Positions 46,633 through 56,547 of a DNA stretch of 64,000 bases are shown piece after piece. The stretch is from Escherichia phage vB_EcoM_TH18. The stretch's first letter is position 1, and the number at the start of each line of letters is the position of its first letter. The stretch is from sequence record ON075799. One strand, 5' to 3'. Position numbers and translations under genes: made by a program. Under the pieces are notes generated by a model. The model saw only the letters and a program-made list of their open reading frames with translations. It searched no databases and was not told the DNA's origin.

Positions 46633-49017
46633 TTATTGAGGGACAGCGAGAATAAGATTAATGTTATCCATGTTAGCTGTCTCTATTTGCTGATCAATCA
46701 TATTACGCAATTCTCCAGCATCTATTTTAATTGTTATTTCACCACTGACAGGCTCGGTAGGAATAACCATAGGAGCTACAGTTTGACCTGTAGCAGATCC
46801 GCCAGGCATTAGATTATGGGATTGAAGATAGTTGGCTTTATCCTGCATATGCCCAGCCCATAAACTATCCCACCATTGAGAAAGGCCGCCTGAAATACTC
46901 CTGTTCTTAACAAAATCTTCCTGCATTGATTTTGTAGGTATTTGGTCAGAACTTGGTTCTTCGGAGTCATCAACATCCAAACCTGTTGCTGCTATAGCGG
47001 CTGTTGCTAACAAACCGATCCAACCTTTCCCGCGTCTCAGGAATTTTGGTATTCTTGGTTTTCTTGGATTTTTAGGTTTATCACCTCCAGAGCCGTCACC
47101 ATCACCAAAGATATCCTTCAATACTTTCAATGTTCCAGTTATTCCAGCAATTTTAGCCAAGATTCTGAATACTCTAACCAAGGAAGCCGCGAAGAATAGA
47201 GCACCGAGACCCCAACCTATCCAGTTAGTCGCTTTTTGGAATGTCTCACTCTCTTTTACCCACTGTGGTATAGAATTTTTTATTGCCAGGTTGATAAACA
47301 GAAGTGTATCTACCACCGTTAGGGATATATCCTTAAACCCCTGTATAAATCTTGCAACAAATTCCCCTAAATTAGTGGCTAACTCTCCATTGGTATCCAA
47401 TACGTCAGCTAGGGTATTAAACGTTTTAGTTAATTCATCCCCAAATCCACTTTCAAATATCTTATTTTGAAAGTTCATCCACGTTTGTTGTAAACGCTGC
47501 ATAGCAACACGGTTGCTTTCTTGTGCCTTGGTAAGTGCACCACCTTTTCTTGCGGCCTCGGCATAATACTTAGCGACCAAAGGAAGAATTTCTGAAGCCT
47601 TTAGCTCTCCCTTCTTCATCATATCCATTAATTTTGCAATGTCTATAGATGAATCATTGAATGCTTCTTGTGTGGCTTTAAGGAATACATTAAGAGAACC
47701 TGGAATACCTTCGGAAAGTTGTGATTTTAACTCCTCAGCCATGATCTGACCTTTACCCATCATTTGTTGGATAGCGGTAATACCACGCTGGTATTTTACA
47801 GGATCAACCTGAAGTGCAGTAGCATATTCTGAGAAACCTTTGAATAGTTCGTCATTTTGCGCCTTGCTCAAAACACCATTAGCAGATATAGCCATTTGGG
47901 TATAACCTTGGGCGGCTGTTTTTAAATCCAAACCCAATCTGTAAGATTGCTCCCGAACAAACTGCATTCTTTTCGCAGCTTCTTCTGAATCATCAGAAAC
48001 CATTAACATGGTAGCTTCCATGCCTTGAAAGAATTGCCCTGTTTTCACAACACTCGCGGCAGCATTAAAAGCGCCATAAGCAGCAGAGACACTAATTAAT
48101 GTGCTACGAAGGTTTTTCAACCCTTGGTCAAGAGATAGTGTATTTGCCTTAGCTTTGCGGAGTCCTGTTTCCATTGCTGCCAATTCAGCACGGAAATTAG
48201 AAGCTCTCATAGTCTGGCTTTGCATAAATCTCTTTTCCAGATCATCATAACCTTTAATTTTAGATCTGAAATCGTCACCATACTTAGCACGAAGTCTTAC
48301 AGCAGCGTTAGCAATTGTTGATTGTTTTGCAGCCTTTATCCTTTCTGCTCTTAACGCTTCTCTTTCTTTCTTTTTATTGGCATCTTTTTCTGCCTTAATC
48401 TCATCCGCTGTTTTTTCTTTCGGGATAGATTTATGATAGCGTTCCATAGCAGAGTTCTGAGCAGCCACAAGACTTGGATCGTGACGACTATTAGGATCCC
48501 CAACAATACCAGAGGCCGATCCTGAAGACCTTCTTGCTGCAAGTTCTTGCTGTAATCTTGCTTGACGGGCAGCAGATATTTCTGGATTTGTCCCATATCC
48601 AGAACCTGTTTTTTCCATCTGCTTCAACTTTGATTTTAATGCATTATATTCTTTTTGTTCTTCAGGTGTTCTTCTGTTTGTTAGTCTGGCTACTGCTTGC
48701 TTTCTTCTCGCACTCTCAACTTTAGCTATTTGTTCACGAGCACGAGCTTCCTTTTTTGCCATTGCAATAGCATGTGCTGTAGATTTTGCTTGCTCTGCAC
48801 GTTCAGTTTGGTGTAATCTTTTAGCTACAAGACGAGCCTCTTGCGCGGAACGTTTATAAATTGCTGCCGGATTACTTTTATTAGAAGTGAAAGCTCTGTT
48901 AGTCTTTTCCCATTCACTTTTCAGGGATTTTATAGCTTTCATTGCACGACCGTAACTGGTGCGGTCTACAGACCACTCGACAGTATTTACGGTTTTAGTT
49001 ACTATGATATTCGCCAT
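46633..49017 (-). CDS. tail tape measure protein
   Basis: 794 aa, long coiled-coil/Ala-Lys-Glu-rich N-part, hydrophobic segment, Gly-rich C-part. Confidence 0.65.
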   Translation of the reverse strand: MANIIVTKTVNTVEWSVDRTSYGRAMKAIKSLKSEWEKTNRAFTSNKSNPAAIYKRSAQEARLVAKRLHQTERAEQAKSTAHAIAMAKKEARAREQIAKVESARRKQAVARLTNRRTPEEQKEYNALKSKLKQMEKTGSGYGTNPEISAARQARLQQELAARRSSGSASGIVGDPNSRHDPSLVAAQNSAMERYHKSIPKEKTADEIKAEKDANKKKEREALRAERIKAAKQSTIANAAVRLRAKYGDDFRSKIKGYDDLEKRFMQSQTMRASNFRAELAAMETGLRKAKANTLSLDQGLKNLRSTLISVSAAYGAFNAAASVVKTGQFFQGMEATMLMVSDDSEEAAKRMQFVREQSYRLGLDLKTAAQGYTQMAISANGVLSKAQNDELFKGFSEYATALQVDPVKYQRGITAIQQMMGKGQIMAEELKSQLSEGIPGSLNVFLKATQEAFNDSSIDIAKLMDMMKKGELKASEILPLVAKYYAEAARKGGALTKAQESNRVAMQRLQQTWMNFQNKIFESGFGDELTKTFNTLADVLDTNGELATNLGEFVARFIQGFKDISLTVVDTLLFINLAIKNSIPQWVKESETFQKATNWIGWGLGALFFAASLVRVFRILAKIAGITGTLKVLKDIFGDGDGSGGDKPKNPRKPRIPKFLRRGKGWIGLLATAAIAATGLDVDDSEEPSSDQIPTKSMQEDFVKNRSISGGLSQWWDSLWAGHMQDKANYLQSHNLMPGGSATGQTVAPMVIPTEPVSGEITIKIDAGELRNMIDQQIETANMDNINLILAVPQ

Positions 49018-49036
49018 AGATTTTCCTCAATAAAAA

Positions 49037-49063
49037 AGCCAGGTTCCGAGAAGGAACCTGGCT
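49037..49063 (-). terminator. stem-loop (attenuator) upstream of tape measure gene
   Basis: 11-bp stem AGCCAGGTTCC/GGAACCTGGCT followed by T6 on minus strand. Confidence 0.4.
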
Positions 49064-49068
49064 TGAGA

Positions 49069-49311
49069 TTAACCTCTTCTACCTCGGCGCGACCTATTTG
49101 CAGCGGCGGCAGCATTGGCTGCACTTTGTTCCTCTCTCTCCTGTACGTCTTGGATAAACTCTTCAATATCAAGATATTCGTTCAGTTTAAGCAGGTAGGC
49201 CATGTCAGCAGACTCAAGTGAGGAATAAGACTCACCTTTAAAACTCTTCAGAGCACGACACCACAAATAATCGAACCAAGTCAATGAGCTATTTTTTCTT
49301 GCATAATTCAT
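49069..49311 (-). CDS. hypothetical protein (possible tail assembly chaperone component)
   Basis: 80 aa between chaperone-like gene and tape measure. Confidence 0.4.
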   Translation of the reverse strand: MNYARKNSSLTWFDYLWCRALKSFKGESYSSLESADMAYLLKLNEYLDIEEFIQDVQEREEQSAANAAAAANRSRRGRRG

Positions 49312-49346
49312 AGCTCTCAGGACAACTTTCGAAATATTAGACGGTG

Positions 49347-49814
49347 TTACTCCGCTTCCTCTGCCTGATCCATCGTGTTCAGTTGATGGGTCTGACCCAG
49401 GCGTCCCAGAAGATCCTGAAGGTTTGCGAAACCGTCTTTCGTGAAAAAACAGCCGTAGTTAACCTCCAGCACTTTTGCCACGAGTTTGATAAGGTCCATC
49501 ATCTTCCCTTGGAAAATATCATCAATGTCTACCTTACCTGCCATACCATCAACAGACACATCGTCCAGAATTAGCGCAAAAAGTTCTTCAATATTATCTT
49601 GCTCCATCTGGTCAAACAGGTATAATACTGCTGTTGGGATAGCATCAGAAAGATTCTGCCCACCAGACATAAGTGCTCCAGAAATGGATGCCATTGGAAC
49701 AGCAATATAACGTCCTATCTTAGGAATATTTTTAAATGCTTTTGTTGGGGACCAATGTGTAATAACAAAGTTGTGACCCGCCAAGTCAATTTCAGTTGTT
49801 TGTCTGATTTTCAT
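49347..49814 (-). CDS. putative tail assembly chaperone
   Basis: position between tube and tape measure; ATG 49814 with RBS GCAGGAG preferred over GTG 49880. Confidence 0.4.
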   Translation of the reverse strand: MKIRQTTEIDLAGHNFVITHWSPTKAFKNIPKIGRYIAVPMASISGALMSGGQNLSDAIPTAVLYLFDQMEQDNIEELFALILDDVSVDGMAGKVDIDDIFQGKMMDLIKLVAKVLEVNYGCFFTKDGFANLQDLLGRLGQTHQLNTMDQAEEAE

Positions 49815-49889
49815 GCACGCTCCTGCGTCTTTAGAAGTTGAACTATCCTTACGTGTATAAAGGCCACATCCATGTGGCACACGAAATTA

Positions 49890-50363
49890 TTAAACGATAC
49901 CGGAAAGTCCAGCGAGGCCAAAGCCAACAGAGGACAGAGTATCAGGACTCAACCAAGCATCCAGAATACCAATTTCCCAGTCCATCTGACCAACTTCCGT
50001 TCCATAAGTCAGATCAGGCTGTTTCTGAATCCATCCAATTGTACTCAAACCCATACCTTGAGAACCTTCCAGAAGAACAGGGAAGAAAATAAGGCCAGTT
50101 ACGGATGCTTGTTTTTGCCAGTTTGCTAAATTACCATTCCATGATGCTGTATTCTGAAGAGAAACCGTCATAACACCAGATTGGTTACGGGACAGTGCAG
50201 CAGATAGCTCACCATCAACCCCCATGTGGGGGTTGATATTGTCTTCGTTACGTGACACAACAATTTTCGTGTCCGCTGCGAATCCTGTTACTCTTTGAGT
50301 CATCAGGTACAGTTTTACTTTTTTAGGGTCATATGCATACGGCGTTAGAATAGCTGTATTCAT
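49890..50363 (-). CDS. tail tube protein
   Basis: 157 aa immediately downstream of sheath-size gene. Confidence 0.5.
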   Translation of the reverse strand: MNTAILTPYAYDPKKVKLYLMTQRVTGFAADTKIVVSRNEDNINPHMGVDGELSAALSRNQSGVMTVSLQNTASWNGNLANWQKQASVTGLIFFPVLLEGSQGMGLSTIGWIQKQPDLTYGTEVGQMDWEIGILDAWLSPDTLSSVGFGLAGLSGIV

Positions 50364-50366
50364 TTA

Positions 50367-51779
50367 TTACACTCCTGCTGTTACTGTCTGTGCGTTACCA
50401 GAATTTGAACCTGTTTTGTCCAGCATGACAGTCATACGGATCTTGACAAAATGTAGCGGTGTGTTGTATACCAGTTCCACTTTCACGTTGTTAAGTGTAC
50501 GTGCTGCCAGATCGTTAGTAGGTATGCTTCCACGCAGAGGGATTGTGATTACAGGGTCGAAGAAGACCTTGTTAACCTCATCATAACCTGTTAAAATAGC
50601 CCCGTTAGAAATACCTACGTTGATAGGGTTATTCATGATGACAGACTTCAGATTAGGAAGGTCATCATCGCTCATTTTAACAGACAGCCCCATGTTGGAT
50701 CTGCGAGACATATATCCGAAAACACTTTCTTCGGTGCGGAACTTAAGCCAGTGACCAAATCTCACAACATCTACATAATTACCAGAAGCGCACTTACCTT
50801 CATAGAAGGAGCCTACACCATTAATCATGCGGTAGAAGTTAAGATTCTTACCCCAGATTGTCATGCGGTCAGTGGCACTCAAGGTAGGTGCAATAACTCC
50901 GTCCATAGTCTTCAGGTGAATAGAATCCCCGTAAGAAGGATCGTTAGATGCCATTGCCCCGATAATTCCTCCTTCTGGGTAGGCGCTGTCTGCCAGCGGA
51001 TCGTACATACCAATAGATGTGTCGTATTGCAGAGCTTTCAGTTCATCTGCAATAGAGTCACTATCGGCAGTTTTAGATTTTTCATCAGCAGTTGAGTAAA
51101 CATGCATCTTGTAATTTGCAGCGGCGAATGCGGCGGCACTTAAGATAGATGTTTTTGTATGTGACTCAGTACTGACAAAATACCAGTTCTCATTTGCGGT
51201 CATAACCTGCGGAAGAACAGAAGAAACTGTCTCATCGGAGGTATTGGTGATGACCATATTTCCGCTATCTTTACCAACACTAAACTTGCCACTGTCTTTT
51301 GGGGCAATTGTTACTTTAGCTTCGCTTGCTGTTGCCGTAAGTACAGTCTTCAGCGTTGTATCCGCATTAATAGCGTCAGCCAGAGATGTGGCGATTGCAG
51401 AAGGCTCTGAAGATACATTTACATTGACAAGTATGCTCTTTTGATAAGCCCCTGTCACAAAGTTTAGAGCTACAGGTGTTTCTGGGTCTGTATTTGTCTG
51501 GTCTGTAAAATCCACAACCGTATTGGTGAAGCCTTGGCGACCAATCATCAAATATTGTGGACGGAATGTTCCAGAAAATGCCTTAGATGCATAATTATAT
51601 GCAGGTGTTCCAACAGCAAATCCATCATCAACTAATTGACTAAGTTCGGTATAAGCACGAACTCTTTCTGGGAAGACATTATGGATCGCAAGGAACAGTG
51701 GGGTTTCAAACCCTTTTGTGTCGATTGGTTGAGTACCAAGTGTGACTGTTACATCAACCACCTTGTCATTATAAGCCAT
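50367..51779 (-). CDS. tail sheath protein
   Basis: 470 aa preceding tube gene; structured 5' leader upstream. Confidence 0.5.
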   Translation of the reverse strand: MAYNDKVVDVTVTLGTQPIDTKGFETPLFLAIHNVFPERVRAYTELSQLVDDGFAVGTPAYNYASKAFSGTFRPQYLMIGRQGFTNTVVDFTDQTNTDPETPVALNFVTGAYQKSILVNVNVSSEPSAIATSLADAINADTTLKTVLTATASEAKVTIAPKDSGKFSVGKDSGNMVITNTSDETVSSVLPQVMTANENWYFVSTESHTKTSILSAAAFAAANYKMHVYSTADEKSKTADSDSIADELKALQYDTSIGMYDPLADSAYPEGGIIGAMASNDPSYGDSIHLKTMDGVIAPTLSATDRMTIWGKNLNFYRMINGVGSFYEGKCASGNYVDVVRFGHWLKFRTEESVFGYMSRRSNMGLSVKMSDDDLPNLKSVIMNNPINVGISNGAILTGYDEVNKVFFDPVITIPLRGSIPTNDLAARTLNNVKVELVYNTPLHFVKIRMTVMLDKTGSNSGNAQTVTAGV

Positions 51780-51905
51780 CGATTTCCTCTTTTATTTCTG
51801 TACGTACAGTTATTGACCAGCACTTATTTGTGCTGTGTTATGGGTTATTTCCCCACATCGTGATCACCAATAAGCCAGTGCTTATCAATAACCAAAATAT
51901 TTCTT

Positions 51906-52436
51906 TTAATCCTCTCTCGGAAAATGATATGAAAGTTGCGCATTGAGGGTTTCCAAATCTTCGAAAACTCCAGTGTCTGTTTCTGCAAAGCAAACATTAA
52001 AAGTTATCAGCACTACAGCCCGAGTTTCATATTTTTGGACATTCAAAGGAACTCTCAACCGAGATATTGTTGAAGAGGAGGAATATGCAAAAGGTGAATT
52101 AGTTGGGAAATACTTATCGTATATAAAAGGTAAGTTCATAGCCTGTAGAATACGACTTAGGGCATTTGGTGCTTTACCACGATAAGCAGTCAATGTATAT
52201 ACAACTTCATAGTTATGGACTGTCATCGCTCGACCATCATCAGTAAATCCATCGTCTGATTGCCAGTCAAGCTGATCTACAGCAGTGAGGTCCACTAGAA
52301 TAAACTCACCATCAACTTTAGGTATTTCATCTTCCCCTGCCAGCACGACTTTCCTACCAGTAACTTCTTTACAAAAAGAACCTATTGTTTTCGTCAAGGC
52401 ATCGAAGATTTCATCTGTACTGATAAAATCAGTCAT
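51906..52436 (-). CDS. neck/tail completion protein (hypothetical)
   Basis: position between head and tail modules. Confidence 0.35.
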   Translation of the reverse strand: MTDFISTDEIFDALTKTIGSFCKEVTGRKVVLAGEDEIPKVDGEFILVDLTAVDQLDWQSDDGFTDDGRAMTVHNYEVVYTLTAYRGKAPNALSRILQAMNLPFIYDKYFPTNSPFAYSSSSTISRLRVPLNVQKYETRAVVLITFNVCFAETDTGVFEDLETLNAQLSYHFPRED

Positions 52437-52870
52437 TAAATACCTCCGTTTGTTCCTTCTGGTATTGCCACCACATAGGCTCTGAACCTAGAGACACCTG
52501 TGGTCTGATACAAATCAGATTTAATAACTGTGAACCACTCCATCTCACCACGAGAGTTCATTAATAGGATCTGATCAGCCATGTTATCAGATCCTTCTAC
52601 TGGGCCTTTTAACATCACAGATGAATACACTGTAAAGGAATCATACTGTCTGCCACCTTCAGGAACTAATTGGGACGTGTAATCCCTAGCTGCTTTACCA
52701 CTAATAGGTTGAACAACACATTCAGGTACATCAAATTCAACATACTCAATATCCAACCCACCATTTTCAAATGGGTTATCTAAGTCTGTCTTTTTGAACT
52801 GTCTGTGTCTACCTTTCATGGTGACTCTGGGTATCAATTTGTTCTTTCCTATAAGTTTGTATCCCGCCAT
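52436..52870 (-). CDS. neck/tail completion protein (hypothetical)
   Basis: position. Confidence 0.35.
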   Translation of the reverse strand: MAGYKLIGKNKLIPRVTMKGRHRQFKKTDLDNPFENGGLDIEYVEFDVPECVVQPISGKAARDYTSQLVPEGGRQYDSFTVYSSVMLKGPVEGSDNMADQILLMNSRGEMEWFTVIKSDLYQTTGVSRFRAYVVAIPEGTNGGI

Positions 52871-52873
52871 AAT

Positions 52874-53350
52874 TTACGCCCCTGAACCTCTTCTGTTCGA
52901 AATTTTATAAGTCGTGGAATCTCTTAAATCCCCATAGTGATACATAGCTGCACTAAAACCTTTGACATCTGCCCATGCATCTGATACAGTATTATGAGGG
53001 AAAAGCCCAGAGTCTATTACAAACTTAATTTTTTCAGCACCTGCTTTACCAATTTTTTTCAGCATTGGGGTTGGATTATTACTTCCAGATACTAACGTGC
53101 CGAATAACTCCTTCTGTAATTTCTCCAAATCCTTTTGAAAGGACACAGCCGCGCTAGTTATGAATGTACGGGCTGGAAGATTATTCCAGCCTTGTTCATG
53201 GATAGCTGCCAGAGTTGCAGTATTCAGTCCTGAATAGTGTGGGTCATCATAATAACCATAAGAGACTTGTTTTTTATCAAGTTGCTGTACAGAATTATAA
53301 AAATTCTCCACAGCACTTAAATCTTGATGAGATTTAAATTTTGTTCTCAT
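52874..53350 (-). CDS. neck/head-tail joining protein (hypothetical)
   Basis: position. Confidence 0.35.
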   Translation of the reverse strand: MRTKFKSHQDLSAVENFYNSVQQLDKKQVSYGYYDDPHYSGLNTATLAAIHEQGWNNLPARTFITSAAVSFQKDLEKLQKELFGTLVSGSNNPTPMLKKIGKAGAEKIKFVIDSGLFPHNTVSDAWADVKGFSAAMYHYGDLRDSTTYKISNRRGSGA

Positions 53351-53415
53351 GAGAACTCCCGTTAAGGTATTTTACCACATTATTCAAGCAAAATCAATAA
53401 TTAGGAATACGATTG

Positions 53416-53934
53416 TCAATAATACCTGTGTTTTGGGTATCTCCGAGGAATACCGGGGACTCCTGTTTGAGGAACTATACCAGAAACATCAAACGGGCTT
53501 CTGGAGTTTGGATTGTTCTTGACACGCCAAAACTCATCCTGCCGCACACCACCCACAATAATCAAACCAGAGACACCATTCAGACAACTATTGACGTAAT
53601 CAGGGTTTTGCAGTAGCCAGTCCAGAAAATCTTTCCAGTTCTGGTATGACGAGCCACCTTTCACCTGTATTGTCTCATCACCTATCTTTTCCAATCTTTC
53701 TGTGATGGATGCCTCACCAGAATTTATCTCTTGAAGAATTAACCATCTTAACACAGCTACCATTGTGTTATAGACCACTTTCCACATATCGCAGGGCGTA
53801 GATGATGGATTAGGCCAGTTTGCTCTTTTTTTCTCCATCTCAAGGAATGCCATAATAACTTCATCAGGTAATGTCTCTGGGGATATTGACCCGAGCAGGA
53901 GCCTGATGTAATCAACAATTTCTTGGTCTGTCAT
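53416..53934 (-). CDS. head-tail connector-like protein (hypothetical)
   Basis: position. Confidence 0.35.
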   Translation of the reverse strand: MTDQEIVDYIRLLLGSISPETLPDEVIMAFLEMEKKRANWPNPSSTPCDMWKVVYNTMVAVLRWLILQEINSGEASITERLEKIGDETIQVKGGSSYQNWKDFLDWLLQNPDYVNSCLNGVSGLIIVGGVRQDEFWRVKNNPNSRSPFDVSGIVPQTGVPGIPRRYPKHRYY

Positions 53935-54006
53935 CTAACTCTCCATTCTATGTTACTTGTTAGTAACTATATTATCACAAAATACAATTTTTGTCATTAA
54001 AAACGC

Positions 54007-54034
54007 TTGACACGAAAAATTCCACAGGTAAGAT
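54007..54034 (+). promoter_or_regulatory. sigma70-like promoter for plus-strand moron
   Basis: TTGACA-N16-TAAGAT upstream of RBS GGAGG and ATG 54062. Confidence 0.5.
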
Positions 54035-54061
54035 AAGTACAACAATTGCTATGGAGGATTT

Positions 54062-54466
54062 ATGAAAAATATTTTAAAAATTACAATTGGCCTGTGCGTC
54101 TGTGCTGTTATTGCAGCGGGAACTCTCCAATATGTGAAAAAGAACCCAGACATTAATGATTATAAATCTGTCGAGGCAAGTTGGTTGTCGCCAGAAGAAA
54201 AAGATGAGGCAATCAGCCGTATTGTGCAATTATCTTGCGATAAAAGATTCAGAGAAGCATTTAAGCCAGACGTTATTGTTGTGTCATCAGGCTTTGAAGG
54301 CAGGATCGCAGAGCAAGCGGAAGCATATCAATATTTTGATGATGTCGCAATTATCTCAGGAAAACAATCTTACACTGGAAAATACATCTGTACTTTTTAC
54401 AAAGATGGGCGTGAACCGTATATTAATGCAAACTTGAATAAGGGAGTACAAGAACTCCTAAAATAA
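54062..54466 (+). CDS. small secreted or membrane-anchored protein encoded by an opposite-strand moron in the late region
   Basis: 134 aa, N-terminal signal-like 'MKNILKITIGLCVCAVIAAG'; own promoter and terminator. Confidence 0.55.
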   Translation: MKNILKITIGLCVCAVIAAGTLQYVKKNPDINDYKSVEASWLSPEEKDEAISRIVQLSCDKRFREAFKPDVIVVSSGFEGRIAEQAEAYQYFDDVAIISGKQSYTGKYICTFYKDGREPYINANLNKGVQELLK

Positions 54467-54467
54467 A

Positions 54468-54488
54468 AGACCCCGAAGGGTCTTTTTA
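54468..54488. terminator. bidirectional intrinsic terminator
   Basis: AGACCC-CGAA-GGGTCT followed by TTTTT; A-rich on the other side. Confidence 0.6.
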
Positions 54489-54746
54489 TTACGACATAAT
54501 ACCAGCGGCTTTCAACTTGGCAAGCAAAGCATTAAAATCACTTACCAACGTAGAGACATCTGAAGCCATAGAATCTGCTTGTGTTTGTGCTTTCTTAACA
54601 CCTCCTAATGCCGATTCCGTAGCCGCTGGAAGAACATAGCTATCTGAGCCTCCAGCAACAATATCTTCGATTTTCACAGATTTTCCAGTTTTTATATCAA
54701 TAAGGCTTGATGCATATACTTTACCAGCCACACCTGTAGTTGCCAT
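54489..54746 (-). CDS. small fiber-related protein (N-terminal module paralog)
   Basis: 'MATTGVAGKVYASSLIDIKTGK' parallels N-terminus of 57110..58360. Confidence 0.45.
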   Translation of the reverse strand: MATTGVAGKVYASSLIDIKTGKSVKIEDIVAGGSDSYVLPAATESALGGVKKAQTQADSMASDVSTLVSDFNALLAKLKAAGIMS

Positions 54747-54756
54747 AATTATCCCC

Positions 54757-56547
54757 TTAGTTGTTTAGATAAGAATATTGCAAGAAATATTTAAATTCGT
54801 GGACTTGTTCGTCCGCTCCTGCAATAGGAATGATTCCATTAAGTCCTGATAAACCGTCTCCACGAAGAAGTTTAGTTATTACCTTCGTCTTAGGATCAAT
54901 GGTATGCGTAGGGACTGTTGGTAAAATAAGCCATACAGCCACTGTAGGTTGCCCTGATCCGACAACACTTGGATATTCTGCATAGATATCATAATCAAGA
55001 TACGTACCGTCTTCCGTACAAGGTATCTCTGTCAAACGAACATCCACCATAACATCTGTGCTGCCAGCAGGTGATCTGTTCAAATAAACTGTTGTTTTCA
55101 AATATATAGAAGACCCTGATCTTCCTGCTGCGTTTTTCGCTGAAGGTATGTCACTATAATTGAAAGAGAAATTCCCAGATGTTGCTGACAACCTCATAGT
55201 CGGCTGAGGAGAAAATGGGATATTAAAGCTCGCTTGTTGACTTGAATCATCTGTCATTGTAAAAGTTAGTGTAACCTGTTGTGCACTATCTATTTCTTTA
55301 ACAACAGCATTAACAGATTTTATTGTTTGTCCATCAGCACCTTTAGGAATACCTAAGTTAAGAACTTGTGAAGGGGAATCACCAGTTATTGATGCGGTCG
55401 CCTGTTGCCCACTTTGCAAAGAGGAAACTGTGCCGATAGATAGTGAATAGGTGGCAGAACTTCCTCCAAGGTCTACCCAAGAAACAGGGGTACTAGGGTC
55501 TGAGCCTCTAATTGTATACTTAACACTACCATCCGCGCCATAAAACAAGATCAACTTACTTGCCGTTGCTGAAGTTTTATCGTTTTGCCAATTATCTAGC
55601 CATATTATTTCAAATACGCCAGAGTTTGCTGGGGATTGTATATGGGCATAATACCTCCCCGGCATGGTCTGATTGGCAAGAGAAGCGATCTCATCAATGT
55701 TTAGCAACGATAAGGTGACACCATCACTCGCTGCCATACCGTACCCAAAACTTCCCGGTATGGCAGCAACACCAGCCGTGCGATCATGAATATTCGCTTG
55801 TTTGGCAGTTAACAAATCATACCACACTGCTGGGTCACTTAGATTGTTACCACGGATCGTATATTTCATATGACCGTCTTTACCAAAAAAGAGAACCAGC
55901 TTTGTTGCTGTCTGGCTTGTTTTGTCACCCCAGCCATTATCCAGCCAGATAATTTCTGTTATTCCTGTCATTTCCTCCGATTTTGTGGTGAAAGTATAAT
56001 ACCTTCCCGGATGTAAGTTATGGGCAGAACGCGCAACATCACCAAGACTGTTAGCAATAAGTGAAGTTCCTCCAGGATTTGTCATTCCGTAGCCGAAAGC
56101 GCCAGGCAAAGCTGCAACACCAGGTGCAGAATCATAAAGCCATTCTTGCACTTTGGTAGGAGCAACATACAACCCCTCTTCTCCTTCAGAGGTTATATTT
56201 GTTAAAGCGTTTCCTTCTTTAGGAGAAATCGGAATATTTATTTCAGGTGCTGTTACATATAATGCTCCTTGCTTCAACTCCAGCAGGTTATTTGCAGCAG
56301 GACTCACCTTAACAGCTAACCCATTATCTCCAGCTTGGAGAGCATTATTTTCATCTTCTGCCACCACAACAACACCTTTAAGAGGTGTAGCTTCTCCCCC
56401 ATCACCTAATAATTTAAGCGTGAGGGTATCTTCCGTATGCAACTTAAATTTATCTCCGAGTGTACCGCCAGAAGTATCTATACTATAACCGTTAGGTAAG
56501 ATAACTTCAGCATTTACAACTTTATCTTTATAATCCATAACTACCAC
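54757..56547 (-). CDS. fiber / receptor-binding-like protein with internal tandem domain duplication
   Basis: two ~110-aa repeats '...PG(A/S)FGYGM...PGRYY...EIIWLDN...KYTIRG...'. Confidence 0.5.
   Translation of the reverse strand: MVVMDYKDKVVNAEVILPNGYSIDTSGGTLGDKFKLHTEDTLTLKLLGDGGEATPLKGVVVVAEDENNALQAGDNGLAVKVSPAANNLLELKQGALYVTAPEINIPISPKEGNALTNITSEGEEGLYVAPTKVQEWLYDSAPGVAALPGAFGYGMTNPGGTSLIANSLGDVARSAHNLHPGRYYTFTTKSEEMTGITEIIWLDNGWGDKTSQTATKLVLFFGKDGHMKYTIRGNNLSDPAVWYDLLTAKQANIHDRTAGVAAIPGSFGYGMAASDGVTLSLLNIDEIASLANQTMPGRYYAHIQSPANSGVFEIIWLDNWQNDKTSATASKLILFYGADGSVKYTIRGSDPSTPVSWVDLGGSSATYSLSIGTVSSLQSGQQATASITGDSPSQVLNLGIPKGADGQTIKSVNAVVKEIDSAQQVTLTFTMTDDSSQQASFNIPFSPQPTMRLSATSGNFSFNYSDIPSAKNAAGRSGSSIYLKTTVYLNRSPAGSTDVMVDVRLTEIPCTEDGTYLDYDIYAEYPSVVGSGQPTVAVWLILPTVPTHTIDPKTKVITKLLRGDGLSGLNGIIPIAGADEQVHEFKYFLQYSYLNN

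Noticed and set aside
49069-49880. Programmed -1 frameshift joining the two chaperone-like ORFs upstream of the tape measure gene
   Set aside because: No slippery heptamer (X XXY YYZ) was found near the end of the upstream ORF, and the downstream ORF has its own ATG; kept as two separate genes.
54062-54466. Definite lipoprotein (Llp-type) call for the moron product
   Set aside because: The N-terminus is signal-like but there is no canonical lipobox before the Cys residues; kept as a secreted or membrane-anchored protein of unknown function.
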